64,000 bases of DNA, taken from positions 1,832,421-1,896,420 of the forward strand of contig DAJPGB010000001.1 in the NCBI GenBank assembly GCA_025992855.1, in the 5' to 3' direction. The notes beneath the pieces were generated by a model. It made no database searches. It was not told the DNA's origin and was given only the letters and a program-made list of their open reading frames with translations. Positions within the stretch are counted from its first letter, which is position 1. Each line of letters opens with the position of its first letter. Of this stretch, positions 29,082 through 37,368 are shown piece by piece. The DNA is from Coriobacteriaceae bacterium. Its GTDB lineage: Bacteria; Actinomycetota; Coriobacteriia; Coriobacteriales; Coriobacteriaceae. Made by a program: the position numbers and the translations under genes.

Positions 29082-30050
29082 ATGAACGTTTCGCAAGCAC
29101 TCGAATACGAGCGCCAGCCGTTTATCCCCATGTTTATCTACGGCGACCACGGCGCCATGGAGTCCGAGCGCCAGAAAGGCGAGGAAGCCCTTAAGGTGCT
29201 CGAGACCGAGTACTTTACCGCCGAGGGCGACCCCGGCTTCGACTTTGCCACCGTGCGCGACCTGGCCGACCGCAACCGCGACCTTTGCGACCAGATTGGC
29301 GAGGCACGCCTGCGCAATGTGACGCCCGCGACGCTCTCGCGCGGTCTGTCCGACGCCGACACCTGCGCCGCCATCGGCAAGATGCAAAAGCGCACAGCCG
29401 CGTCCGTCATGCGCGAGATCCGCGGCGACCGCGACGCGCTCGGTGTGGCGTACGCCCGCAAGCCTATCCAAGGCACAGTGCTCGGCATCGACATCGAGAC
29501 CACCGGCCGTGCACCCGAGCGCGGCTACATCATCAACGTGGGCTGGGAGATCATGGAGCTCACCAGCGACGCCGTCCCGCACGACGCCGAGGCACACTAC
29601 TGCGGCCTGCCCGATATCTACCGCGGCGAGGATGTGCCGCTGTCGAATATCCACCACATCACCTGGGACGACATCGACGGCAAAACGCCCTTCCGCGAGA
29701 ACAAAGAGCTGCAAAAGCAGCTGCTCAAGCTTATGAAGAAGTACCCGTACATGGCACACAACGCCGCCTTTGAGGACAGCTGGTTCAAGATCCACCTGGA
29801 CGGCTACGCCGAGGCACGCCGCGCCGGCAAGATCATCGTCATCGACTCGCGCCAGATCTGCCGCAGCCTGGATGCCGACGTCCGCTCGCTCCCCCGCGAG
29901 TCCGCCCCCGCCGCGCTCGAGAACTGGGCGCGCCGCCGCGGCACCCTCGCCGCCGACGCCAACGAGCAGCACCTGGGCCTCGACGACACCGATCTCATGC
30001 TCCGAACCGTCCAAGCCGAGTTCAACCTCAAGAACCTGTTCGCGAAGTAG
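29082..30050 (+). CDS. DEDDh 3'-5' exonuclease (DnaQ-like) with N-terminal extension
   Basis: ExoI LGIDIETTG, ExoII HNAAFEDSW, ExoIII HLGLDDTD. Confidence 0.75.
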   Translation: MNVSQALEYERQPFIPMFIYGDHGAMESERQKGEEALKVLETEYFTAEGDPGFDFATVRDLADRNRDLCDQIGEARLRNVTPATLSRGLSDADTCAAIGKMQKRTAASVMREIRGDRDALGVAYARKPIQGTVLGIDIETTGRAPERGYIINVGWEIMELTSDAVPHDAEAHYCGLPDIYRGEDVPLSNIHHITWDDIDGKTPFRENKELQKQLLKLMKKYPYMAHNAAFEDSWFKIHLDGYAEARRAGKIIVIDSRQICRSLDADVRSLPRESAPAALENWARRRGTLAADANEQHLGLDDTDLMLRTVQAEFNLKNLFAK

Positions 30051-30202
30051 TGAAGTCGGTCGCAATAACACTCATAACGGCACAGCACAAACAGCAGCAA
30101 GCCAGACGAACGCAAAGAAAACGGGGCACGGCCTTTCGACCGCGCCCCGCCTTGCATTCTCGCGGCAAAGAACGCTGCCTGCCACTCATTTTGAAATACG
30201 CC

Positions 30203-30399
30203 CATCTACATTTTTTGAGTTGCGCGGTTTACTCAGCTCATCGCCGAAGCCTTTTTCGCCGTTGCGGAGCCAAAACCCATTCTGAAACCGACTGGTCTGG
30301 CGCCCTAACACCTGGTTCCGGTCATAAATTGCACGACAGACGCAGCTCCATCGACTTTTTTACATGAGTCAAAACCGCCTAACTCGAAAAATGCAGATG
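30203..30399. repeat. MITE-like cassette E2: 28-nt inverted repeats (24/28), CATCTrCATTTTTyGAGTTGCGCGG type
   Basis: Left arm: catctacattttttgagttgcgcggttt. Right arm: aaaccgcctaactcgaaaaatgcagatg. Confidence 0.65.
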
Positions 30400-30572
30400 A
30401 CATCTACGGAAATTCGCCCAAATGAGGCCAAGTGACAGAAAACTCTCCATTGGCGCCAACCGTTCAACCGCGCATCGGGTGAAAACTACCGTTCACAGAA
30501 GATGCGCCGCGTTTCGGCGCCGTTGCCCGATGCCCTCAGTGTGCAGAACACAAGCTATGTCATGATGCGCAT

Positions 30573-31781
30573 ATGGGAATCGTTCTGTCACATGCCACGG
30601 CACGGGCCGTATACCAAGCAGCCGAGTCGGTCGCGCTATTCACGACCGATCACATACCCATGGAAAAGATCAGGGCATCCATCCCAACCGAGCCCGACCT
30701 GCAGACGGCCCAATCGTGGCTGAACGGAAAAGGCATCGAGTCCAAGACCATCCACGTCCTGACGTACTCCAATAACGCCCGAAGGCATTGCGATAGATGC
30801 GTTTGCCATCGTACACGCTATACCTTCGACTCGGAAAGCTACCTTGGGCTCGAGGCTGGCGTCTATATCGTTGACATCAAACTATGCGCCCTGCAAGCCG
30901 CAAACGATCTCAGCCTTCGGGAACTTGTTGAATACTACTTTGAAATCTGTGGCTCCTACGCACTCGACGCATCCAACGAAACAGGATATCGTGAGCGCCC
31001 CGCCCTAACCAATACCGAAGCGCTCAGGAACTTCTTTTCCCAGGCATCGGGCTATCGCGGCTCAAACAATGCAATCAAGGCGCTTGGATATGTGCGCGAC
31101 GGCTGCCGCTCTCCGCTCGAAACGGCTTTCGTCATGATGCTCACAATGCCCAAATCCGTGGGCGGCTTTGGTATTCGCGCCATCAAAACTGACTTTCCGG
31201 TCCCAGTTCCCAAAAGGTACTCTGCCCTTACGAGGCGCACCGTATTCTACTTCGACGCGCTGCTCGAAAAATCGATGACCGACATCGAGTACAACGGATT
31301 TTTCCATGATGAGCCCGAGCAACAGGCGATTGATGAGGAGCGTCGAAACACGCTTCGAAACATGGGGTATGCCGTTATCACTATCAGTCGCCATTCATTT
31401 TTCAAACAGTCCGCCTTTAGACGGGTTATGGAAGCGATTCGCATTCGCGAGAAGATCTGCCCCGGGCGTCTCCCGGATGACTTCCCAGCCCTCCAGGAGG
31501 ATCTTCGCCAATTTGTCTTGCGGCGGTACTTCGAATATGGTCGCCGAATCCTCGAAGAGCGCAGAGAGGCACAGGCAACAGAGCAAGAAATTGCGAGCCA
31601 GTATCCGCAGGTTGACGACCCGAGCATCAACGAGACCCCCGAACCCGATGACATGCAGCATGTTGGCGAACTAGCTGAGGAGATGAACCTGGTTGACGAT
31701 GCTAGCCCGCACGCGAAATCTGTCGGCCCGCGCACTGAAGACGACATGATTGTCGATTTGATCGAGGGCCTGCTGTTCTAA
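30573..31781 (+). CDS. DUF559/Vsr-like endonuclease-fold protein (paralogue 2) with acidic C-terminal tail
   Basis: SPLETAF..., FYFDALL...DIEYNGFFHDEPEQQAIDEERRNTLRNMGYAVITI. Shares its architecture with the 21070..22119 product. Low-GC islet. Confidence 0.6.
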   Translation: MGIVLSHATARAVYQAAESVALFTTDHIPMEKIRASIPTEPDLQTAQSWLNGKGIESKTIHVLTYSNNARRHCDRCVCHRTRYTFDSESYLGLEAGVYIVDIKLCALQAANDLSLRELVEYYFEICGSYALDASNETGYRERPALTNTEALRNFFSQASGYRGSNNAIKALGYVRDGCRSPLETAFVMMLTMPKSVGGFGIRAIKTDFPVPVPKRYSALTRRTVFYFDALLEKSMTDIEYNGFFHDEPEQQAIDEERRNTLRNMGYAVITISRHSFFKQSAFRRVMEAIRIREKICPGRLPDDFPALQEDLRQFVLRRYFEYGRRILEERREAQATEQEIASQYPQVDDPSINETPEPDDMQHVGELAEEMNLVDDASPHAKSVGPRTEDDMIVDLIEGLLF

Positions 31782-31802
31782 AACCTGTTTCCGCATTTGC
31801 CC

Positions 31803-32019
31803 GACTGCAATTTTCGAGTTGCGCGGTAACAGTTGCGCACAACTCATCCTCAAATGGCTCGAGCCAGCTCTCCAAATACATGGATAGCGCGCTTAAAAAA
31901 TTTCGATTGAACAATTTATTGCATTTTTGACCAGATATTTACATCAAAAATAACCAAATACGCACTTTCAGAGAATCCGCGAATAGCCTATCGACCGCGC
32001 AACTCGATTTTTGCAGATG
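31803..32019. repeat. MITE-like cassette E3, same terminal-repeat family as E2 (21/26)
   Basis: Left arm: gactgcaattttcgagttgcgcggt. Right arm: accgcgcaactcgatttttgcagatg. Internal palindrome cagttgcgcacaactc. Confidence 0.6.
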
Positions 32020-32102
32020 AACGATGAACCGAGCCATACGCAACTAGAAAAATCCCACTTCGGCGGCAAGCGATTATCAAATAACGCCACAAATAGCATT
32101 GA

Positions 32103-32159
32103 CATATGAACATGCGCTCATATACTCGGAAGTAAGTTATATGAGCGCATGTTCATATG
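32103..32159. promoter_or_regulatory. paired ArsR/SmtB-type operators O1/O2 (22-nt perfect inverted repeat, 13-nt spacer)
   Basis: catatgaacatgcgctcatata ... tatatgagcgcatgttcatatg. Each arm is itself a pseudo-palindrome, ATATGAaCAtgCGcTCATAT. Ends 13 nt before the arsR-like start. Confidence 0.7.
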
Positions 32160-32172
32160 AAAGGATGTTGCA

Positions 32173-32529
32173 ATGGGCGACCACGCTGATGAAACAAAGG
32201 CAAGCCTCGAACCCGTCGTTCCCACCACCTGCTCGCCCGAGGACCTGCCCGACGAGGAGCTGCTCTACGACCTGGCCGATCTGTTCAAGGTCTTCAGCGA
32301 CACCACGCGCATCAAGATCCTCTATGCCCTCATGGGCCGCGAGCTGTGTGTGGCAGACATCGCCGAAGCGACCGAGACGTCGCAATCTGCGGTTTCGCAC
32401 CAGCTGCGCACGCTCAAGCAATCGCACCTGGTCAAATTCCGCCGCGACGGGCGCAATATCCTCTACTCGCTTGCCGACGACCATGTCTACACCATGCTCA
32501 ACCAAGGCATGAGCCACATCTGCGAATAG
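32173..32529 (+). CDS. ArsR/SmtB family metal-sensing repressor
   Basis: 118 aa with HTH LCVADIAEATETSQSAVSHQLRTLK. First gene of the metal-efflux operon. Confidence 0.85.
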   Translation: MGDHADETKASLEPVVPTTCSPEDLPDEELLYDLADLFKVFSDTTRIKILYALMGRELCVADIAEATETSQSAVSHQLRTLKQSHLVKFRRDGRNILYSLADDHVYTMLNQGMSHICE

Positions 32530-32592
32530 CGACCAACCACGGTACCAACGCGGCCTGCACCCAAGCCGCAAAAACAGAGAAAGGAACCCACC

Positions 32593-32811
32593 ATGAAAAA
32601 GCAGTTCAAGCTCGACGAGATCGACTGCGCCAACTGCGCGCGCAAGCTTCAGGACGAGCTGGCTAAGCTCGAGGGCGTCAAGTCCGTTTCGGTCAACTTT
32701 ATGACTCAGAAGTTGACGCTCGAGGCCGACGACGCCGAGTTCGACGAGGTCCTCGACCGCGTCGTGGAGTTTACCGCCGACGCCGAGCCGGACTGCGAGA
32801 TCATTCTCTAG
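32593..32811 (+). CDS. heavy-metal-associated (HMA) domain protein
   Basis: 72 aa with DCANCA in place of the canonical CxxC metal-binding loop. Confidence 0.7.
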   Translation: MKKQFKLDEIDCANCARKLQDELAKLEGVKSVSVNFMTQKLTLEADDAEFDEVLDRVVEFTADAEPDCEIIL

Positions 32812-32867
32812 TCTGCGTATACGCTGACCCGCAAGGCCGCGCTTGCCGCGGCCTTTGCTCGCGAAAT

Positions 32868-32889
32868 TATATGAGCGAGTGTTCATACA
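32868..32889. promoter_or_regulatory. third ArsR-type operator O3 upstream of the ATPase
   Basis: tatatgagcgagtgttcataca, 19/22 identical to O2. Preceded by the hairpin gcaaggccgcg..cgcggcctttgc at 32831-32858. Confidence 0.55.
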
Positions 32890-32910
32890 TTCAAATGGGA
32901 GGTTTGAATC

Positions 32911-34863
32911 ATGGCAGCCGCCGATCCCACAAAGAAAAAGAAGAAGCGCAAGAAGAAAGAGTCACTTGAGCACAAGCGAAATCGAATCCTGCTAGCACTG
33001 GGTATTTTTGCCGTTGTTTATGCCCTCGACGAGCTCGGCGCCCTCACTATCGCATTTGGGGAGCCCGGCAACGTCTACGCCAGCTTCGCACTGTTCCTCG
33101 TGCCGTTTTTGATTGCCGGCTACGACGTGCTCCAGAAGGCATTCAACAACATCCGCCGCGGCAAGGCCTTCGACGAGAGTTTCCTTATGGCAGTCGCAAC
33201 CATCGGCGCGTTTGCCATGGTGCTCTTCCCCGATACCGACCCGCACATGGCCGAAGGCGCCGCCGTCATGCTGTTCTACCAGGTCGGCGAGCTGTTCCAG
33301 GCATACGCCGTGGGCAAGAGCCGCAAGTCGATCAGCGCCATGATGGACATCGCGCCCGACTACGCCAACGTCGAGCAACCCGACGGCACACTCGAACAGG
33401 TCTTCCCCGATGACATCGCGGTCGGCACCGTGATCGTGGTCAAGCCGGGCGAGCGCGTGCCTATCGACGGCGTCATCGTCGAGGGCGAAACCCAGCTCGA
33501 CACCGCCGCGCTCACGGGCGAATCAGTCCCCCGCCCCGCCAAGTCCGGCGACGACATCATCAGCGGCTGCATCAACATGACGGGCCTCATCCACGTACGC
33601 ACCACCAAGCCCTTTGGCGAGTCCACCGTCGCACGCGTCCTGGAGCTCGTGGAAAATGCCAGCGAAAAGAAGGCGCGCACTGAGAACTTCATCACGCGCT
33701 TCGCCCGCGTCTACACGCCCGCCGTCACCGGCGCTGCCGCGGTGCTCGCGCTTGGCGGCGGCTTGGTCACCGGCGCCTGGTCCGACTGGATCCTGCGCGG
33801 CCTGACCTTCCTGGTCGTCAGCTGCCCGTGCGCATTGGTGATCAGCGTGCCGCTCAGTTTCTTTGGCGGCATCGGCGGCGCCTCCAAGCTGGGCGTTCTC
33901 ATCAAGGGTTCTAACTATCTCGAGACGCTCGCCGATGTGGACACCGTCGTCTTTGACAAGACAGGCACCCTCACCAACGGCACGTTCTCGGTGGTCGCGG
34001 TAGACCCCGAGGCTGGCTACACCGAGCAGTCGTTGCTTGAAGTCGCAGCCCTTGCGGAGTCGTTCTCCGATCACCCCATCGCGCAGTCCGTGCGTGTCGC
34101 CTACCAGAGCGAGGTCGACCCCAAGCGCGTTAGCAACTCCACCAACGACGCGGGCCACGGCGTGACGGCAACCATCGACGGCAAGCACGTCGTCGTTGGC
34201 AATGCCAAGATGCTTGCTGCGGCCGGTATCGACGCTCCCAATTGCGAGGTTGTCGGCACGATCCTCCATGTGCTCGTTGACGGCGTTTACGCCGGCCACA
34301 TCGTGATTGCAGACACCGTTAAGGCCGACGCCGAGCAGACGATCCGCGACCTGCACGCCGCCGGCGTCAAGCGCACCGTCATGCTCACGGGCGACCGCGA
34401 GGAGGTTGCGGCGTCTGTGGCTAAGCAGCTGGGGCTCGACGAGTTCCACGCGCAGCTGCTGCCGGGCGACAAGGTCGAGCGCGTCGAGGCATTGCTCGCG
34501 GGCGAAAGCGGCAAGGGCAAGCTCGCTTTTGTCGGCGACGGTATCAACGACGCACCCGTGCTTACCCGCGCAGACGTTGGCATCGCCATGGGCGCTATGG
34601 GCTCGGACGCCGCAATTGAGGCGGCGGACGTCGTGCTCATGGATGACAAGCCGTCCAACATCTCCCGCGCGATCCGCGTGGCGCGCAAGACCATGTCGAT
34701 TGTTTGGCAGAACATCATCTTTGCGCTGGGCATTAAGTTGCTGATTCTGGTGCTTGCGGCACTGGGCATCGCCAACATGTGGCTTGCCGTGTTCGGCGAC
34801 GTAGGCGTGGCGATTATCGCCATCCTGAATGCCATGCGCGCGATGGGTGTCAAGAACCTGTAG
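32911..34863 (+). CDS. heavy-metal translocating P1B-type ATPase (Cd/Zn/Co type)
   Basis: CPC (SCPCALV), DKTGTLT and GDGINDAP motifs. 650 aa. Confidence 0.9.
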   Translation: MAAADPTKKKKKRKKKESLEHKRNRILLALGIFAVVYALDELGALTIAFGEPGNVYASFALFLVPFLIAGYDVLQKAFNNIRRGKAFDESFLMAVATIGAFAMVLFPDTDPHMAEGAAVMLFYQVGELFQAYAVGKSRKSISAMMDIAPDYANVEQPDGTLEQVFPDDIAVGTVIVVKPGERVPIDGVIVEGETQLDTAALTGESVPRPAKSGDDIISGCINMTGLIHVRTTKPFGESTVARVLELVENASEKKARTENFITRFARVYTPAVTGAAAVLALGGGLVTGAWSDWILRGLTFLVVSCPCALVISVPLSFFGGIGGASKLGVLIKGSNYLETLADVDTVVFDKTGTLTNGTFSVVAVDPEAGYTEQSLLEVAALAESFSDHPIAQSVRVAYQSEVDPKRVSNSTNDAGHGVTATIDGKHVVVGNAKMLAAAGIDAPNCEVVGTILHVLVDGVYAGHIVIADTVKADAEQTIRDLHAAGVKRTVMLTGDREEVAASVAKQLGLDEFHAQLLPGDKVERVEALLAGESGKGKLAFVGDGINDAPVLTRADVGIAMGAMGSDAAIEAADVVLMDDKPSNISRAIRVARKTMSIVWQNIIFALGIKLLILVLAALGIANMWLAVFGDVGVAIIAILNAMRAMGVKNL

Positions 34864-34871
34864 CGCTGTCC

Positions 34872-34998
34872 GGCCGGGGCCGGGCTTGGTTTTGAAAACG
34901 TCCTCGCGCATGAGGCCCGTCTTTCCTGCTCCTGCGGAGCTGCGGAAAGGCGGGCCTCGCGCTGCGGAGTGTTTTCAAAACCAAGCCCGGACCCGGCC
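34872..34998. repeat. 127-nt rod-like nested palindrome
   Basis: 28-nt outer arms: ggccggggccgggcttggttttgaaaac / gttttcaaaaccaagcccggacccggcc. Inner arms: gaggcccgtctttcc / ggaaaggcgggcctc. Tip: gctcc-tgc-ggagc. Confidence 0.8.
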
Positions 34999-35082
34999 TG
35001 CGGTGACACAGCTGGCGGTTCTTGGGCATCACTTGCTGGCGAGGTTCCTTTGCTGGAATGGACTCGGCTGTTAGAGCCCCGT

Positions 35083-35952
35083 TTGTTCCGTCCATTTGTT
35101 TTTCTAGAAACCCCCAAGGGCAGCTGTGGATCCCTAGCGGATATAGTTATCTCAGCCGCAACGAAAGGATCGTACATCTCCGACCGCAAATACCTGTTCT
35201 TCGACATTGACGGTACGCTCGCCTCGGGGATGCCTGACAAGCAGCATGTCCCTGCCTCCACCGAGCTTGCGCTCAAAAAGCTCCGCGACGCGGGCCACTT
35301 CCTGTCCATCGCGACGGGCCGCACGCACGCGATGGCCGTAGACTACATGCACGAGCTCGGATTTGAGAACATGGTGAGCGACGGCGGCTGGGGTACAACC
35401 ATTAATGGCGAGTTCCAGGGCGTGCGCCCGCTCGACCACGATGCCTGCGTTGACCTCGTCGACGAATGCAGCGCAAAGGACTTTATCTGGGGTATTCAGG
35501 TTGAGGATTCCGACGTGCGCTTCGTGCCCGACGGTCGTTTCTACGAAGCCACACATGACATTTACATGCGCACGCGGATCGTACCTGGGCTCGACCCGCG
35601 CAGCTACCCCAAGATTTACAAGGTCTATATCGCCTGCCTGGAGCCGCACGAGCAGGAGCTCGACAACCTCGAGCGTCTCCCCTGGTGCCGTTTCCATCGC
35701 GAGTATCTCTTTGTGGAACCGGCGGATAAGGCCTACGGCATCAAGAAAATCGTCGACGCGCAGGGCGGCAACTACGAGGACGTTATCGTCTTTGGCGACG
35801 GCAAAAACGACCTGTCGATGTTTATCCCCACGTGGACAAGCGTGGCCATGGGCAATGCCGTACCCGAGCTCAAGCAGCGCGCGAGCATGGTGACCGCCGA
35901 TATCGATGACGACGGCATCTATAAGGCTTGCGAGCAGTTGGGTCTGTTCTAG
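35083..35952 (+). CDS. Cof-type HAD-IIB hydrolase (start codon uncertain)
   Basis: FFDIDGTL motif I and GDGKND motif III. There is no ATG, GTG or TTG between TTG 35083 and motif I. See the findings. Confidence 0.65.
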   Translation: MFRPFVFLETPKGSCGSLADIVISAATKGSYISDRKYLFFDIDGTLASGMPDKQHVPASTELALKKLRDAGHFLSIATGRTHAMAVDYMHELGFENMVSDGGWGTTINGEFQGVRPLDHDACVDLVDECSAKDFIWGIQVEDSDVRFVPDGRFYEATHDIYMRTRIVPGLDPRSYPKIYKVYIACLEPHEQELDNLERLPWCRFHREYLFVEPADKAYGIKKIVDAQGGNYEDVIVFGDGKNDLSMFIPTWTSVAMGNAVPELKQRASMVTADIDDDGIYKACEQLGLF

Positions 35953-36008
35953 CAGATTGTTGACACGACGCCGTGGGCACGGCTGTCACGGCGCCCACGG
36001 CAGAGGCA

Positions 36009-36365
36009 CTATTCCAGCATCGCCCTCAGCTTCTCAAAGCTCTCCTCGCTCAGGCAATGCTCCATGTGACAGCCCTCTTGCGATGCAACCTCGGCCGACA
36101 CGCCCGCATCCTCAAGCAGCTGCACAAAAAAGCAGTGGCGCTCCCACATTTGGCGGGCGACCTCTAGCCCACGCTCCGTCAGATGAACGTCGCGTTTGCC
36201 CATTTCGACATAGCCGTTACTCTCCAACGTCGCCATGGCTTTGGACACGCTCGCCTTGGTCACGCCGAGATACTCTGCAACATCAATCGAACGCACGATG
36301 CCCTGGCGTTGTGACAGAACGTAGATCGATTCGAGGTAGTCTTCTCCGGATTCACGTAGGGCCAT
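36009..36365 (-). CDS. DtxR/MntR family metal-dependent transcriptional regulator (short form)
   Basis: GEDYLESIY..., wHTH and a dimerisation helix with metal ligands (HMEH). 118 aa. Confidence 0.8.
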   Translation of the reverse strand: MALRESGEDYLESIYVLSQRQGIVRSIDVAEYLGVTKASVSKAMATLESNGYVEMGKRDVHLTERGLEVARQMWERHCFFVQLLEDAGVSAEVASQEGCHMEHCLSEESFEKLRAMLE

Positions 36366-36528
36366 GGGCCGCCTTTCACGATGATTGCCAGTTAGCCTTT
36401 GGATACTTTCTTTGGCTTACTTTACCGCAAAAGTTGCCCATGTCTTACTACATTGACTAAAAAGTTAGCCGTGTTTCACAAAACGCGCGTGTGAGGCGCA
36501 ACACCCCGGCGCGTGGCGCGCGCCCCGC

Positions 36529-36589
36529 AAGGAGTGTCCCCCGCTGCCGGCCGAAAAGGAACGTCCCCAAGTGCCGGGTGCCGGCCCGT
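36529..36589. repeat. Family A tandem 27-nt units, 2.2 units
   Basis: aaggagtgtcccccgctgccggccgaa / aaggaacgtccccaagtgccgggtgcc / ggcccg. Confidence 0.8.
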
Positions 36590-36591
36590 AA

Positions 36592-37362
36592 CTAGATCAG
36601 GCCGAAGTGCTTGGCGGCGTTGTAGATGCCGTCGTCGTCTACGGCGGTCGTAACGTAGGTCGCTGCGGCCTTCACCGTATCCTGCGCGTTGCCCATGGCA
36701 ACACTTGTGCCCACGGCCGAGAACATCGACAGGTCGTTCTCGCCGTCGCCAAAGGCAATCGCCTCGCTCGCGTCGATATCCAGCCGCTCCAGCGTCGCCG
36801 CCACGCCCAGGTCCTTGCCGCCTTTAGCGGGAATAATGTCGCAGAACAAATCGCACCAGCGCGTGGTAAGCGAATGCGCCACCGCGTCGGTCACGATATG
36901 CTCGTCGGCCGGGTCCACAAAGGCGCAGAACTGGTAAACCGGCGCATCGAAGGCGTGCTCAAACGGCTCCTCGTGGTAGACGATTCCCGCGTTGCTACCG
37001 GCCGTCACCACACGCTCGGACAGGCGGTTCACAAACGAGTTCTCGCCCTGCATGCACAGCGAGTCGTAGCGCCCCTGCGCCACCTGGTCCACAATCACCG
37101 CGACGTCGTCCGGATCGATCGGGCAGCTGCGGTAGACGCCCTCAGCATCAAAACAGTGCTGGCCCGAAAGCGTAATGTATGCATCCCAACCAAGGTCGAA
37201 CAGCCAATCCGGCATCTGATAGGTCGGGCGACCCGTGGCGATCACGCACGCAATCCCCTGCTCGCGAAAGCTGTCGAGCACCTGCTGAGCCGACGCCGGA
37301 ATCCGGTGGGTCTTAAAGCTCAGCAGCGTGCCGTCGATATCGAAAAACGCAGCTTTGATCAT
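36592..37362 (-). CDS. Cof-type HAD-IIB hydrolase
   Basis: MIKAAFFDIDGTLLS and GDGENDLSM. Confidence 0.85.
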   Translation of the reverse strand: MIKAAFFDIDGTLLSFKTHRIPASAQQVLDSFREQGIACVIATGRPTYQMPDWLFDLGWDAYITLSGQHCFDAEGVYRSCPIDPDDVAVIVDQVAQGRYDSLCMQGENSFVNRLSERVVTAGSNAGIVYHEEPFEHAFDAPVYQFCAFVDPADEHIVTDAVAHSLTTRWCDLFCDIIPAKGGKDLGVAATLERLDIDASEAIAFGDGENDLSMFSAVGTSVAMGNAQDTVKAAATYVTTAVDDDGIYNAAKHFGLI

Positions 37363-37368
37363 CCTGGT

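Noticed and set aside
34829-35095. Two mirror-image 81-aa ORFs on opposite strands.
   Set aside because: Both are by-products of the 127-nt palindrome, since the same sequence read from either strand gives similar peptides.
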